This document shows, piece after piece, positions 1-9,223 of a DNA stretch of 64,000 nucleotides. The stretch covers positions 192,001-256,000 of the forward strand of contig CBDBGZ010000009.1 in assembly GCA_965205425.1 (NCBI GenBank). Direction: 5' to 3'. Both the position numbers and the translations under genes were made by a program. Source of the stretch: Nitrosopumilus sp. Lineage in GTDB: Archaea > Thermoproteota > Nitrososphaeria > Nitrososphaerales > Nitrosopumilaceae. The first letter of the stretch is position 1. The number at the start of each line of letters is the position of its first letter. The notes beneath the pieces were generated by a model. The model worked only from the letters and a program-made list of their open reading frames with translations. It ran no database searches and was not told the DNA's origin.

Positions 1-1371
1 AATTCCAAACTTTCCCTTGTTTAATGATCGTGGTTTTCTTTTTGGCACAGCAGAACCAACCTCTTCAGTCATTCCTTTTACATTCTTGTTTTTTACGCCT
101 ACTTTTGCACCCTTGGATATTGCCTTTGCTACTTTTGGAACTTTGGGTAAAATGTTAATACCATATTTTGCAGCACCAATAGGTGGAACAATTACACTAG
201 CACCAATAATTAATGCAGATGGCACAGCAGAACCGATACCATATGCAGGATTAGCCCAAAAATCAGTTTCTACTTTTTTAACACGTTCATTGAAATTTTT
301 TGTAAAATCAGTGTTGCTCTCATAAGATTGTACCCCTGCATCCAACGGTGCAAAAATCAAGTTATCTAAGGAATTACCTTTCTGTGGAATCTGTTCTTTT
401 CCTCGTACATACCTAACTACGTTTTGTCCTGTAATGTATAGATCTTTATATCCTGCATGTTGTCCTTTTGCATATTCCTCAAGAGGCGAACCAATTTTTT
501 TGGGTTCAGGTTTTTTCACATCATTAAAAGAGAATTCATCAAATGGGTTACGTTGAGGTACAGTTCTTGCATATGGTATTGGTTCAGGAAATTTCATAGG
601 AACCGTTCCCACTAGTGCAGGGTTTAATTTTGCCTGTTGTACAATACTATCACGTCTTTTTTTATTTTGAGTTGCTCTGATTAGTGCTGCTGCAGATGAT
701 TCCTTTGATGTAACGACAGTTTCATCTACTGTTCTGTTTGCTTGTTGTTGTGCAAATTTACGCTGATCAGGATTTGATACTGATTCTTTTCTAGGGGATG
801 GTCTGCCACCTGCACGTTGTAATTTGGTACTATCATATCCTGCTGATTCAATGCTTTGTTTTACCTTTTGATTCTGTGCAGTTGTTGCTTTGATTTGATT
901 AATTTTATTTTGTTGCTGAGATTCTCTTAATGCAATTTGTCTTCTCTCTTCTGCCTTTACTGCTGCTGATCGTGCATTGGTAATTGATGATCGTCTATTG
1001 TATGCATCTTTTGCTTCTTTGCTTCTGGCATAGTTTCGAGCCAATGTTACAGCTGATGTGTTTCTATATCCTGCAGGATTTCTTGCTATCTGTCTTTGTG
1101 CCTTGGCTTTAGCCCACTGTGGAACGTTTGATTGCCGTAATGCTAGTCTTTGCAACTCTGCATTTCTATTTCTATTAATGGCATTAATTCTGGATGAATA
1201 TCTTCGAATTGCTTTACTGTTTGGTTCTCGGGTATATCCAATCAATCTTCTTATTCCATTGCGAGGATTTGTGCGATATTTTGGTTGTCTGCGATATTTT
1301 GATGGTCTAGCGCCAAGGGCTGCAACCTGAGCATTATATCTACCATTAATTGATTCTCTGGTTAGTGCCAT
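1..1371 (-). CDS. Large Arg/Lys-rich protein, 3'-truncated by window edge (putative virion protein)
   Basis: ATG at 1371 preceded by GGTGAT SD; frame MALTRESINGRYNAQ... open to position 1; missing from the ORF track because there is no stop in the window. Confidence 0.8.
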   Translation of the reverse strand, partial: MALTRESINGRYNAQVAALGARPSKYRRQPKYRTNPRNGIRRLIGYTREPNSKAIRRYSSRINAINRNRNAELQRLALRQSNVPQWAKAKAQRQIARNPAGYRNTSAVTLARNYARSKEAKDAYNRRSSITNARSAAVKAEERRQIALRESQQQNKINQIKATTAQNQKVKQSIESAGYDSTKLQRAGGRPSPRKESVSNPDQRKFAQQQANRTVDETVVTSKESSAAALIRATQNKKRRDSIVQQAKLNPALVGTVPMKFPEPIPYARTVPQRNPFDEFSFNDVKKPEPKKIGSPLEEYAKGQHAGYKDLYITGQNVVRYVRGKEQIPQKGNSLDNLIFAPLDAGVQSYESNTDFTKNFNERVKKVETDFWANPAYGIGSAVPSALIIGASVIVPPIGAAKYGINILPKVPKVAKAISKGAKVGVKNKNVKGMTEEVGSAVPKRKPRSLNKGKFGI

Positions 1372-1394
1372 AGTATCACCAAGAATTCCATTTC

Positions 1395-1413
1395 AAGGTT
1401 ATTTAAGGAAAAA
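1395..1413 (-). promoter_or_regulatory. Promoter TTTTTCCTTAAATAACCTT (copy 1)
   Basis: 19-bp exact match to 5591-5609; TATA-like TTAAATA upstream of the 1371 start. Confidence 0.6.
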
Positions 1414-1420
1414 TTATTGC

Positions 1421-1888
1421 TCATCCTATGCCTACGCCTTTGATTTTACCATCCACAAATGGAATGATTTCGGTTCTTCTTAATTTGGAATAGTCCTTTG
1501 CTGAAAATACCTTTCTTGCCCATGATGGAAGTTTCTTTTGCTCTATTGTATCATGGTATAGTGCAGCACATGATAACGGAACAGAATATGTAATGTATTT
1601 TTGCTTGTTGTATATTGTTATTGATTCTCTTGTTGGTGATTCTATAAATGATTCAATGATTGCTTTGTATTCACCAGTTACAATGCTGTTTAGAATCTTT
1701 TTTGTTAGATAAAATGTTTTTTTCTTTTTTGTCTTTTCACTACAACAAGGACAAATGCGATTTTTCTCAAAAGTTACATAATCCTCACAGTTATTACAAA
1801 ACACTTTTTCTGCTGTAGGATTGTGTATTGACACATGGAATCTATTTCTGCATACTCCGACCCCTGCAACTTTCATATGTATGTCCAA
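1421..1888 (-). CDS. Zn-finger-containing hypothetical protein
   Basis: CNNC...CPCC motifs. Confidence 0.7.
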   Translation of the reverse strand: MDIHMKVAGVGVCRNRFHVSIHNPTAEKVFCNNCEDYVTFEKNRICPCCSEKTKKKKTFYLTKKILNSIVTGEYKAIIESFIESPTRESITIYNKQKYITYSVPLSCAALYHDTIEQKKLPSWARKVFSAKDYSKLRRTEIIPFVDGKIKGVGIG

Positions 1889-1890
1889 AG

Positions 1891-2238
1891 TTATTCTTCA
1901 CCGAATCCAGGTTTTGAGTGCATCATCTTTTTTGCATCAGGTGAATCAACAGAATATTTTATTTTATGCTGAGTTACGGAATTCAAAAACCAACCTCTTT
2001 CACTTGATGATGCTATCAGCCCACCCATTAGGCCCTCTGCTGCTTCTTCCCAAATCTGTGCAATCTCTGGAGGAACTGTACTTCGCATTGATAATATGCT
2101 GTGAATGCGATTTATCATCCGCATAGCCTTATCATCTGTTTTGAGTGTTCGAGATAACAGATTTAGACGATAAATTATAGGATCATCATTTTTGGATGAT
2201 GAATCAACCATGTCAATAATTTTCTCAACTGCACTCAA
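1891..2238 (-). CDS. Hypothetical viral protein
   Basis: ORF starting 23 nt after the repeated motif. Confidence 0.7.
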   Translation of the reverse strand: MSAVEKIIDMVDSSSKNDDPIIYRLNLLSRTLKTDDKAMRMINRIHSILSMRSTVPPEIAQIWEEAAEGLMGGLIASSSERGWFLNSVTQHKIKYSVDSPDAKKMMHSKPGFGEE

Positions 2239-2274
2239 TGATATAGATCAAATACTGAGAATAAAAAAACTAGG
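2236..2274 (-). promoter_or_regulatory. Element-specific motif CCTAGTTTTTTTATT plus leader; 39-bp block identical to 3365-3403
   Basis: Core motif recurs at about 2261, 3390, 5275, 6774, 6983, 7070, 8522, 8901 (minus strand) and 8933 (plus strand); 20-24 nt before start codons. Confidence 0.7.
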
Positions 2275-2629
2275 TACTAGACCCATGATGTAACCTGTTA
2301 GTGACTAGTTGATAAATCACTATTCCAATAGATAACGCCAACAATACATATCCCACAGTTCTGGCAGGCTCATAAAACGATATCATCATGGAATTTACCA
2401 CCAGCCCTACAATCCCTACTAGTTGAACTGAATGGGTCCTAAGCCATATTATCCCTACAAAGAATCCCCAAATGGCAACAGGTGTTAGTTCACCTAGATT
2501 CCATTGTAAAGGCATTAGTAACACTCCAAACCCATCTTTTTCAAAATCACATGATGCATCTTTAAAGCAATTATCAATTACTTGTAGAAATGTAGATTGT
2601 AAAAATAAAACTATGATATTAGGATACAT
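2270..2629 (-). CDS. Membrane protein (about 3 TM)
   Basis: Hydrophobic segments in translation. Confidence 0.7.
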   Translation of the reverse strand: MYPNIIVLFLQSTFLQVIDNCFKDASCDFEKDGFGVLLMPLQWNLGELTPVAIWGFFVGIIWLRTHSVQLVGIVGLVVNSMMISFYEPARTVGYVLLALSIGIVIYQLVTNRLHHGSST

Positions 2630-3367
2630 CTAAAATCCTAAACTAAAATTACCAAACACGTTACCAACTTGTGACATTATATTTTCAAAGTTTGTCATGA
2701 AGATAACTGCACCAACTAGGAAAAGTGCTATCGTTGCGATTGGAATTACTGTAGTTATTGTTTTTGACATTGACTTTAGATGTTTTTCTGCTGCTAGTAT
2801 CTCTTTTAGTCCTAGTTTGATTGATTGGGGGTTTACTTCACAGTATGAAGATAGGAATTGTTCCACGTTAAAATTAATTGGCTCTCTAATGGAACGTGCA
2901 ACAGTTTTAATCATTTCCTTTTGTTCTGTTTCTATTTCTGGTGTTTGCTGTATTGGTTCACCTTCTTCTGTAAATTCACCAGTTTGCTCTAAATTGATTT
3001 CATGCTCGTAATCATTAGTGGTTAATTCTACATCACTTTTTGCTTGTTGTTCCATTTGTATCTCAACATATCTTTCCAGTTCTGTTCTGTTTGTTTTTTT
3101 ACAGTAAATTTCAATTTCTTTAAGAGCCTGTGGATCAAGTGGGTTATAGTTTGCACCAGAATACAGATAAACTGACTGCTTGTAGATTGATAGTTTTCTA
3201 TCAGATCGTAGTCTGAACCATCCATATTTACATACAAAAAATGTGTTTAGTATCGGTTTAATTTTTACCAGTTCTAACTGCCCAGTTCTGGTTACTATCA
3301 TGGCTATTGGATGATTGGAGAACATCAGCTCTATTACTGGAAAGTGTTTTGATATGGAAAATGGCAA
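2630..3367 (-). CDS. Protein with C-terminal membrane anchor
   Basis: 245-aa ORF with acidic middle region and C-terminal TM. Confidence 0.75.
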   Translation of the reverse strand: MPFSISKHFPVIELMFSNHPIAMIVTRTGQLELVKIKPILNTFFVCKYGWFRLRSDRKLSIYKQSVYLYSGANYNPLDPQALKEIEIYCKKTNRTELERYVEIQMEQQAKSDVELTTNDYEHEINLEQTGEFTEEGEPIQQTPEIETEQKEMIKTVARSIREPINFNVEQFLSSYCEVNPQSIKLGLKEILAAEKHLKSMSKTITTVIPIATIALFLVGAVIFMTNFENIMSQVGNVFGNFSLGF

Positions 3368-3412
3368 TGATATAGATCAAATACTGAGAATAAAAAAACT
3401 AGGTTTTATGTT

Positions 3413-5005
3413 TTAGAACACTTTCTTTCCTAGGAACATTCCAACTGCAACAAGTAATACAATCATAGCCCACACTTCTGCTGATAACTCAAATAATCCC
3501 AACAATCCCATTATTCCTATTGTAGCCCCTGTAACTATAACGCCTACCTGTGCGTTTCTACCTGTCCAGATTGAGGCAACTATCAGAACTATCAAGAATG
3601 GAAATGGTACGCCAAACAATCCATCATTTCCAAATGATTCATTTATCATATCAAAACCTGATGTTATACCGTATGGTTTGTAGACTGTTTGTAACAGTAT
3701 GATATTTTCTGATTCGTCATAACATCTGATGTATGATGTGTGTTTGGTTAGAAATTCAGCATCATATGATGTGATTGATGTTTGATTGTTCCATTCATCA
3801 GTTGATGATGTGAAATGATTACAAAATAATGAAAAGGCATCTTGCTGTTTGTTTGCAGTAAATATTATTTTGTCTGCGGTGCTGTTGTAAGTGGATCTAG
3901 TATGATGGTAAAACAGATCATTTTTTATTAAATAAGTGGGCGATACATTGACAGTTCTAGTTTTAGTAACTGCATTATTCCCTGATGAATCAACTGAATT
4001 GTATGTTATAGAATAAGATCCTACTGCATCTGCAAAACCAGAACTATCTATTGTAACTGCTGAACCGTCATCTGTAGTTGCACCTAGTTCTGTGTAACCA
4101 CTACCTAATTCTATTTCCTGAGGATTATTTCCAGTTAGAGTTATGATTGGTGGTGTGGTGTCAACTACGTTAACAGTTCTTGTAACTGTAACTGCATTAT
4201 TCCCTGATGAATCAACTGAATTGTATGTTATAGAATAAGATCCTACTGCATCTGCAAAACCAGAACTATCTATTGTAACTGCTGAACCGTCATCTGTAGT
4301 TGCACCTAGTTCTGTGTAACCATTGCCTAATTCTATTTCCTGAGGATTATTTCCAATTAGCGTTATGATTGGCGGTGTTGTGTCTGAATTTGCAGAGTAT
4401 GTTATGGTCAGTATCGGATTTTGAAAATTCGAGTATTTGTGGATGTTTGATACTTGGATTTCTGTTCCGCCAATAACAGACATACCAAACCAGCCATTGT
4501 TTAGATTTGATGTAAGATCTGTGATTCCAGCACTTCCAAGCGATACGTTGAGTGTACCGCCTGTTCCATCACATATGATGGAATTGTACTGTGTTCCGTC
4601 TGCCAAGTCATCCCACAAAGAAGAGGCAGATGTTACACTTGGCTGATTTGACAAACTGTATATTCTACATTGGTTGTCACCTGCCTTACTTGCTACAGGA
4701 TCCTCATCAATTGAGAATTCAACATCAGATACTACAGCACCGTCAGGAATTGCAGATACATCCCACTCCAGATACATCCTGTAACAATCCTTTGGACTTC
4801 CGAATCTTGGAACGCCTGCAACAAGATATTGGTTTTCCAGATAGTTTAGGATTCCACCGCCATCACAAATATTGTTAGAGTCCACTTCCTCAATGTACCC
4901 GTCAATGCTAGGAGATAGTGATACGGTTTCTGCATATGCTGGAATTGTATTTACTAGAATTAGAGATGAGAAAACAAGTACAAAAACAAGATAGAATAAT
5001 TTCAT
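3413..5005 (-). CDS. Putative spike/adsorption protein: signal peptide, DNRLRE-like beta domain, two DUF5011-like Ig repeats, C-terminal TM helices
   Basis: YLEWDVSAIPDGAVVS motif; DTTPPIITLxGNNPQEIELG repeats; three TM at the C-terminus. Confidence 0.7.
   Translation of the reverse strand: MKLFYLVFVLVFSSLILVNTIPAYAETVSLSPSIDGYIEEVDSNNICDGGGILNYLENQYLVAGVPRFGSPKDCYRMYLEWDVSAIPDGAVVSDVEFSIDEDPVASKAGDNQCRIYSLSNQPSVTSASSLWDDLADGTQYNSIICDGTGGTLNVSLGSAGITDLTSNLNNGWFGMSVIGGTEIQVSNIHKYSNFQNPILTITYSANSDTTPPIITLIGNNPQEIELGNGYTELGATTDDGSAVTIDSSGFADAVGSYSITYNSVDSSGNNAVTVTRTVNVVDTTPPIITLTGNNPQEIELGSGYTELGATTDDGSAVTIDSSGFADAVGSYSITYNSVDSSGNNAVTKTRTVNVSPTYLIKNDLFYHHTRSTYNSTADKIIFTANKQQDAFSLFCNHFTSSTDEWNNQTSITSYDAEFLTKHTSYIRCYDESENIILLQTVYKPYGITSGFDMINESFGNDGLFGVPFPFLIVLIVASIWTGRNAQVGVIVTGATIGIMGLLGLFELSAEVWAMIVLLVAVGMFLGKKVF
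3951..4384. repeat. Near-identical intragenic tandem duplication, 222-bp (74-aa) period
   Basis: gtaactgcattattccc at 3966 and 4188; long identical stretch follows. Confidence 0.9.
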
Positions 5006-5007
5006 TG

Positions 5008-5253
5008 TTACTCAAAAGATACTGAACTCTTTGATGCTCGCATATATCCCCATACAACAAGCCAACCAAACATGATTAATGGAAAAAAGTAGATAAAAGC
5101 AATTGTTCTATCTCGTGCAATTAATGCTTCTGCTGATGCATTATCCCATTGTGGCATATCAAGTAAAGCAATTACCATAGGCATCGACATATACCAACCA
5201 ACCCCAATGGCAAACACACCGATTACTCCTGCAATTATAATAAAAACAGCCAT
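5008..5253 (-). CDS. Two-TM small protein (minor-capsid-like)
   Basis: Two hydrophobic helices; ATG 5253 fits the motif spacing better than the TTG at 5274. Confidence 0.6.
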   Translation of the reverse strand: MAVFIIIAGVIGVFAIGVGWYMSMPMVIALLDMPQWDNASAEALIARDRTIAFIYFFPLIMFGWLVVWGYMRASKSSVSFE

Positions 5254-5308
5254 AGAACTATTGTTCCTCAGCAAATAAAAAAACTAGGTTTGTGTGTTTC
5301 ATGAATCT

Positions 5309-5581
5309 TTAGTTTTGATTTCCACCAGTTCCGAAAATTTGGAACAACACAAAGAACAATGTAATAGGCAAGATTCCGATTACTGTCCATGCTGTAGTCT
5401 TTCCGTTATGGCATTCTGTATATCCTTGTACAGTTTTATCATCTGCTCCCTCATCGCCTGCACCGTCACCAGGACATGGCACAGCAACAGATACTGCACT
5501 GAATATCATGATTCCTACAATTATACCGACTGCTGCCGATATGAAGGCAAGAATGAATGTGATATTTATCATTAGTACCAA
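5309..5581 (-). CDS. Putative major capsid protein of spindle-shaped virus type
   Basis: 90 aa: two hydrophobic helices joined by a Cys-bounded acidic loop, ending TAWTVIGILPITLFFVLFQIFG; has its own TATA. Confidence 0.65.
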   Translation of the reverse strand: MVLMINITFILAFISAAVGIIVGIMIFSAVSVAVPCPGDGAGDEGADDKTVQGYTECHNGKTTAWTVIGILPITLFFVLFQIFGTGGNQN

Positions 5582-5590
5582 AAATCAAAA

Positions 5591-5609
5591 AAGGTTATTT
5601 AAGGAAAAA
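5591..5609 (-). promoter_or_regulatory. Promoter TTTTTCCTTAAATAACCTT (copy 2)
   Basis: Identical to 1395-1413; upstream of the capsid-like gene. Confidence 0.6.
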
Positions 5610-5637
5610 ATTTTTGTTGTTTTATGCGTAATTTTTT

Positions 5638-6036
5638 TTATGAAATTTTTCCACTAGAACGACCACTCCACCAGTAAAAAATTTGAACTGCCAATAAAAT
5701 ACCAAGTAATGATTTAATTCCGATTACAAACTCATCAGGCAAATCAATAATTGAGCCATCTATCGTATCCCAGATAAAACCACCAGTTACGGTATTAATC
5801 ATAATTATTGTTGCAGCATTTGCAGCTTCTGCAAATTCATAAATCCCATCAAAGATAGTTCCATCCCCTGTAGAGTTTGTAGGGTTTATGATATTTGCAA
5901 ACTCACCAGTCGGTTTATCCCCATCAAAAGTATCTGGCAATGGCTGGCCTCCCAACTCTTGACCTGAGAATCCAGTAACTACAAAGAATCCTATGTTAAT
6001 GCAAACAAAGAATACATGCAATAGTAACAAACTCAT
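5638..6036 (-). CDS. Membrane protein
   Basis: N- and C-terminal hydrophobic helices. Confidence 0.7.
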   Translation of the reverse strand: MSLLLLHVFFVCINIGFFVVTGFSGQELGGQPLPDTFDGDKPTGEFANIINPTNSTGDGTIFDGIYEFAEAANAATIIMINTVTGGFIWDTIDGSIIDLPDEFVIGIKSLLGILLAVQIFYWWSGRSSGKIS

Positions 6037-6039
6037 TTT

Positions 6040-6399
6040 TTACATCTCCGAATTTACTTTGTGATTTTTGAATTGTTTGGCTGTCTGTGTAAATGAGATA
6101 AATGCTGTAAATAGACAAAACATTGCAAGCAAGAAAAATATCCAACCAAAAACAATAATTGAAAAATCACTATGTTGTATGACATATGATGTGCTAGTCC
6201 ATGTTGTAGTTCCATCAGTTATGGTACCACTAATTGTGATGTCTTGACCTGAAAATGATACTATAGATAATGAGAAAAAGAACATCATTCCTACAATGCT
6301 ATATGCTCCCTTGTGGTTAGTTGATGGAAACAGCATAAAGAAAAATGCAAATCCCAACAATGCTAAAAATACAGTTCCATCAATAGTTTCACCTATCAT
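6040..6399 (-). CDS. Membrane protein (3 TM)
   Basis: Hydrophobic translation. Confidence 0.7.
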   Translation of the reverse strand: MIGETIDGTVFLALLGFAFFFMLFPSTNHKGAYSIVGMMFFFSLSIVSFSGQDITISGTITDGTTTWTSTSYVIQHSDFSIIVFGWIFFLLAMFCLFTAFISFTQTAKQFKNHKVNSEM

Positions 6400-6752
6400 G
6401 TAATAGCACCACAGATCAGATCGCCTGTTGCGTCAATGCCTGTAACAAATTGATTTACAGGGCAGATTTTGGATTTTACACCGCCCAATTCAGATGCAGA
6501 TGCAGGACTAATCTCTAAAGTTAAAACGTCAATGGAAGTGTGATTTATTCCAGTAATTGATATGGTGTCTGATCGTACCAGTATTGATGAATCGTATTTC
6601 TCACCAAATATCACACCATTATCTGTAAAAATTGAATAATATGCAGGAGTTGGAGGGATCATACTACTATCGGCAGATGGTACAGTAAAACTCAAAATTA
6701 TCATAAATGAAACAGTGCCAATAATCCCAGCAAAAATTGATTTTTTATCCAC
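6396..6752 (-). CDS. Secreted/anchored protein with tail-fibre-like C-terminus
   Basis: Signal-like N-terminus; PASASELGGVK and CPVNQFVTGIDATGDLIC motifs. Confidence 0.6.
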   Translation of the reverse strand: MDKKSIFAGIIGTVSFMIILSFTVPSADSSMIPPTPAYYSIFTDNGVIFGEKYDSSILVRSDTISITGINHTSIDVLTLEISPASASELGGVKSKICPVNQFVTGIDATGDLICGAIT

Positions 6753-6782
6753 AATGATTAATGATTAATCAAAATAAAAAAA

Positions 6783-6959
6783 CTAGGTTTTGGCTTTGGA
6801 TTTTTCTTTTTGAGTGAAAACAGTTTGTGTTGTGGTAGTTTGTAGCACCTTGCCATTATCTAGGAATTGGTGTATTGTCATAATGTCTTCTTTGTTTGAT
6901 ACATCAATCCCTTTTACTCCATTGTCTATCATGTATTGTAATACGTCAAAGATATTCAT
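6783..6959 (-). CDS. Small hypothetical protein
   Basis: ATG 6959 (MNIFDVLQ) lies 24 nt after the repeated motif. Confidence 0.6.
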   Translation of the reverse strand: MNIFDVLQYMIDNGVKGIDVSNKEDIMTIHQFLDNGKVLQTTTTQTVFTQKEKSKAKT

Positions 6960-6984
6960 TGTATAGTAAAGAATTGCATAGAAT

Positions 6985-7047
6985 AAAAAAACTAGGATAA
7001 GAGTCACCTTACCCTAGTTTCAAGGGCGTAACCCCTTTGAAACACAC
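6985..7047 (-). ncRNA. Candidate two-hairpin small RNA
   Basis: Sits between two copies of the motif; no meaningful ORF; stems TTTCAA(A)GGG/CCCTTGAAA and CTAGGGTAAG/CTTATCCTAG followed by T7. Confidence 0.45.
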
Positions 7048-7078
7048 AATGATACAATAGATTCAGAGAATAAAAAAA

Positions 7079-8209
7079 CTAGGTTTTCACATCATAATCC
7101 TTAAACGGACTCTTCTTTTTTGATTCTTCCTCTAGTTGTTCTCGAATGAGAGTAGTTTTCTTTTTGAATCTATAGCCCTTTTTTCTGGGAACCTTTAGTG
7201 TACTGTCAGACAATTTCAAAACCTCATTCCAATCTACATCATATAAGGAATCCATCTCATTGATCACTTTGTATAGTGTTGCTACGTTTGATGGCAGTGT
7301 CTTTTTTCCTTTGTTGAAAAAACAGAACAAGTTAATTACACTTCTAGTTACAGATGGTGTTGATGCTTCTGTAAGTTTGTTTAATGCAGTTTGAGCATCC
7401 AATTTTTTGTATGTGTCGTGATTTGGCTTTACTGTACATTGACCACATGATTCTCTAGGATATAGCAAGTGGTGACATGACCCAATAGATGAAACTAATG
7501 CTGGTCTAAACGGATCATTTGTTCTGTAAGAGTAATGCTTTTCATCATATGACGATGTTACCACACTAAAGTAGCCCTTGAGAATTGCATTTCTATACAA
7601 TCTTATAAAATTATTCACCTTGAAGGAATTGTGACTACCTAACAACTGTTGATAGTTGGTTCTCTCATTATCTGTAATGCTTGTAAATATGGTAAAATCA
7701 GTATCACGGAAGAACTTCTCTATTGCCTTAGAGTAATGGATTTGCAATATTACGATAACTGGCTGTTTTATCTTGTGTCTGATGTATGTGAGTTCTGCTG
7801 CAATTTCCTCAATTTGTGAATCTGTCAATCCTCTTAGACTGTAACTTGCATCCTCAAAAACTAGAATATGTGGGAGTTGTGGGAGTTTTGATATGATTTT
7901 TACAAAATTTCTAATGTCTGATTTTGAGAACCATTTTATGACATAATTTTTCTTTAGATGTAATCGATGAACTATGGTCTGAGTTAGAGTAGTTTTTCCA
8001 CTGCCTGATTTTCCAATAAATAAAATTCCTGTATATTGATTGTTGATATTGGCATTGATTATCTCATCTACTAGTACCCCTAAAGAATGCCTTTGCATTA
8101 ATGGAATTGGTTCTCTGCCAGATCCTTTCCATTCAGGATGTCGATATTTTGTTGTGTGAAATTCTGCCATTATATCATCACGCTGCCATAAACTGGTCTT
8201 TCTGATCAT
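7079..8209 (-). CDS. P-loop ATPase (virus morphogenesis/packaging type)
   Basis: Walker A GKSGSGKTT, Walker B ILVFED; true start may be ATG 8170. Confidence 0.8.
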   Translation of the reverse strand: MIRKTSLWQRDDIMAEFHTTKYRHPEWKGSGREPIPLMQRHSLGVLVDEIINANINNQYTGILFIGKSGSGKTTLTQTIVHRLHLKKNYVIKWFSKSDIRNFVKIISKLPQLPHILVFEDASYSLRGLTDSQIEEIAAELTYIRHKIKQPVIVILQIHYSKAIEKFFRDTDFTIFTSITDNERTNYQQLLGSHNSFKVNNFIRLYRNAILKGYFSVVTSSYDEKHYSYRTNDPFRPALVSSIGSCHHLLYPRESCGQCTVKPNHDTYKKLDAQTALNKLTEASTPSVTRSVINLFCFFNKGKKTLPSNVATLYKVINEMDSLYDVDWNEVLKLSDSTLKVPRKKGYRFKKKTTLIREQLEEESKKKSPFKDYDVKT

Positions 8210-8498
8210 GGGCGTATTTTGATATTGCCTCCATTACTGCCGATAATGCACGATTATAGTAAATCCATTCAGAGGATACAGATCTTAATGATTCAGTCAA
8301 ATACATTTTATCGTGAGATTTTCTGTCAGTGGGGGATGGCCTGAACTGTTCCAGTTTGACTTGAAATTTTGGAGATAACAATTTGTTGACTGCTTCGATA
8401 TTAATTACTGCCAGTTCTGGTTCATTTCGCTGTTGTGCAAACGTACTAGCTGATACCAAGATGTTCATCATGTTTGTGATGAATTCCATAAATCCCAT
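8178..8498 (-). CDS. Hypothetical protein
   Basis: ATG 24 nt after the repeated motif. Confidence 0.7.
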   Translation of the reverse strand: MGFMEFITNMMNILVSASTFAQQRNEPELAVINIEAVNKLLSPKFQVKLEQFRPSPTDRKSHDKMYLTESLRSVSSEWIYYNRALSAVMEAISKYAHDQKDQFMAA

Positions 8499-8569
8499 TG
8501 TTCTAGGATGGAATAATCAGCGTAAAAAAACTAGGGTCAAGATCGCCATAAATAAAAGATGTCAAGATA

Positions 8570-8791
8570 TTGATGAAAAATATGTTAAAAATGATCCTAA
8601 TTTTGACAGGAGGTATTTTGTTCATTTATGGAGGAATTATCACGATACAATCACAACAAGAATCCGTCATCAACCATACGTTTAGTATGACGGATTATTG
8701 GGAAAATTTGTATGGTCATAACTTTATGATTGGAATTGTAATTTTAGCAATTAGTTTCATTTTGTTTGGATTTGGATTTTTTAGAAAATAG
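8570..8791 (+). CDS. Small two-TM protein
   Basis: Two hydrophobic helices; upstream ATAAATAA. Confidence 0.5.
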   Translation: MMKNMLKMILILTGGILFIYGGIITIQSQQESVINHTFSMTDYWENLYGHNFMIGIVILAISFILFGFGFFRK

Positions 8792-8881
8792 GCTGTGAAC
8801 TGCCATACCAAACACAAATGCACAAGCAGACATCATACCATGACTGATGTATAATGATAGTAAAATTGGATCCAAGATCAA
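8744..8881 (-). CDS. Small single-TM protein (45 aa, MILDPILLSLYISHGMMSACAFVFG...)
   Basis: TTG start 20 nt after the motif at 8901; TM plus basic tail; below the ORF-track cutoff. Confidence 0.45.
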   Translation of the reverse strand: MILDPILLSLYISHGMMSACAFVFGMAVHSLFSKKSKSKQNETNC

Positions 8882-8965
8882 TTAACTAGAGAATCATTTC
8901 ATAAAAAAACTAGGTTTGCAGTTTTCAGATCATAGTTTTTTTATTCTATGATTTAATCTGAAATT

Positions 8966-9036
8966 AAGGATAAGGTGAACCCATCTCACCTAGAAACATG
9001 CTTACATCATGTTGCAGTGAGAAACACCTTATCCTT
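8966..9036. ncRNA. Candidate rod-shaped structured RNA or cruciform
   Basis: Nested inverted repeats: AAGGATAAGGTG/CACCTTATCCTT, TCTCAC/GTGAGA, AACATG/CATGTT. Confidence 0.5.
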
Positions 9037-9223
9037 GTATGACAAACAAGTGATCTTTAAACTTTTTGTTGGTGTGGTGTAGAGAGAAGAAATTGCTAAA
9101 TGTTCTTTGTTTAAAAATAATAGACCAATGATACTTGATACTAAGAATAAAGAATAGAAAAAATTATTGAAAAATTTGTTTTGGTTTGTCTAATGCAACA
9201 AAATAGCAATGTCGGAACATAAT

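Noticed and set aside
17..1330. Plus-strand ORFs 17-325 and 1058-1330
   Set aside because: Antisense to the long minus-strand ORF, which has an SD and promoter
3951..4384. Diversity-generating retroelement template/variable repeat pair
   Set aside because: Both copies are in-frame domains, differences are not adenine-specific, and there is no reverse transcriptase in the window
2236..8947. CRISPR-like or integron attC array
   Set aside because: Spacing is gene-sized and irregular, the motif is not palindromic, and its fixed distance to start codons fits a promoter better
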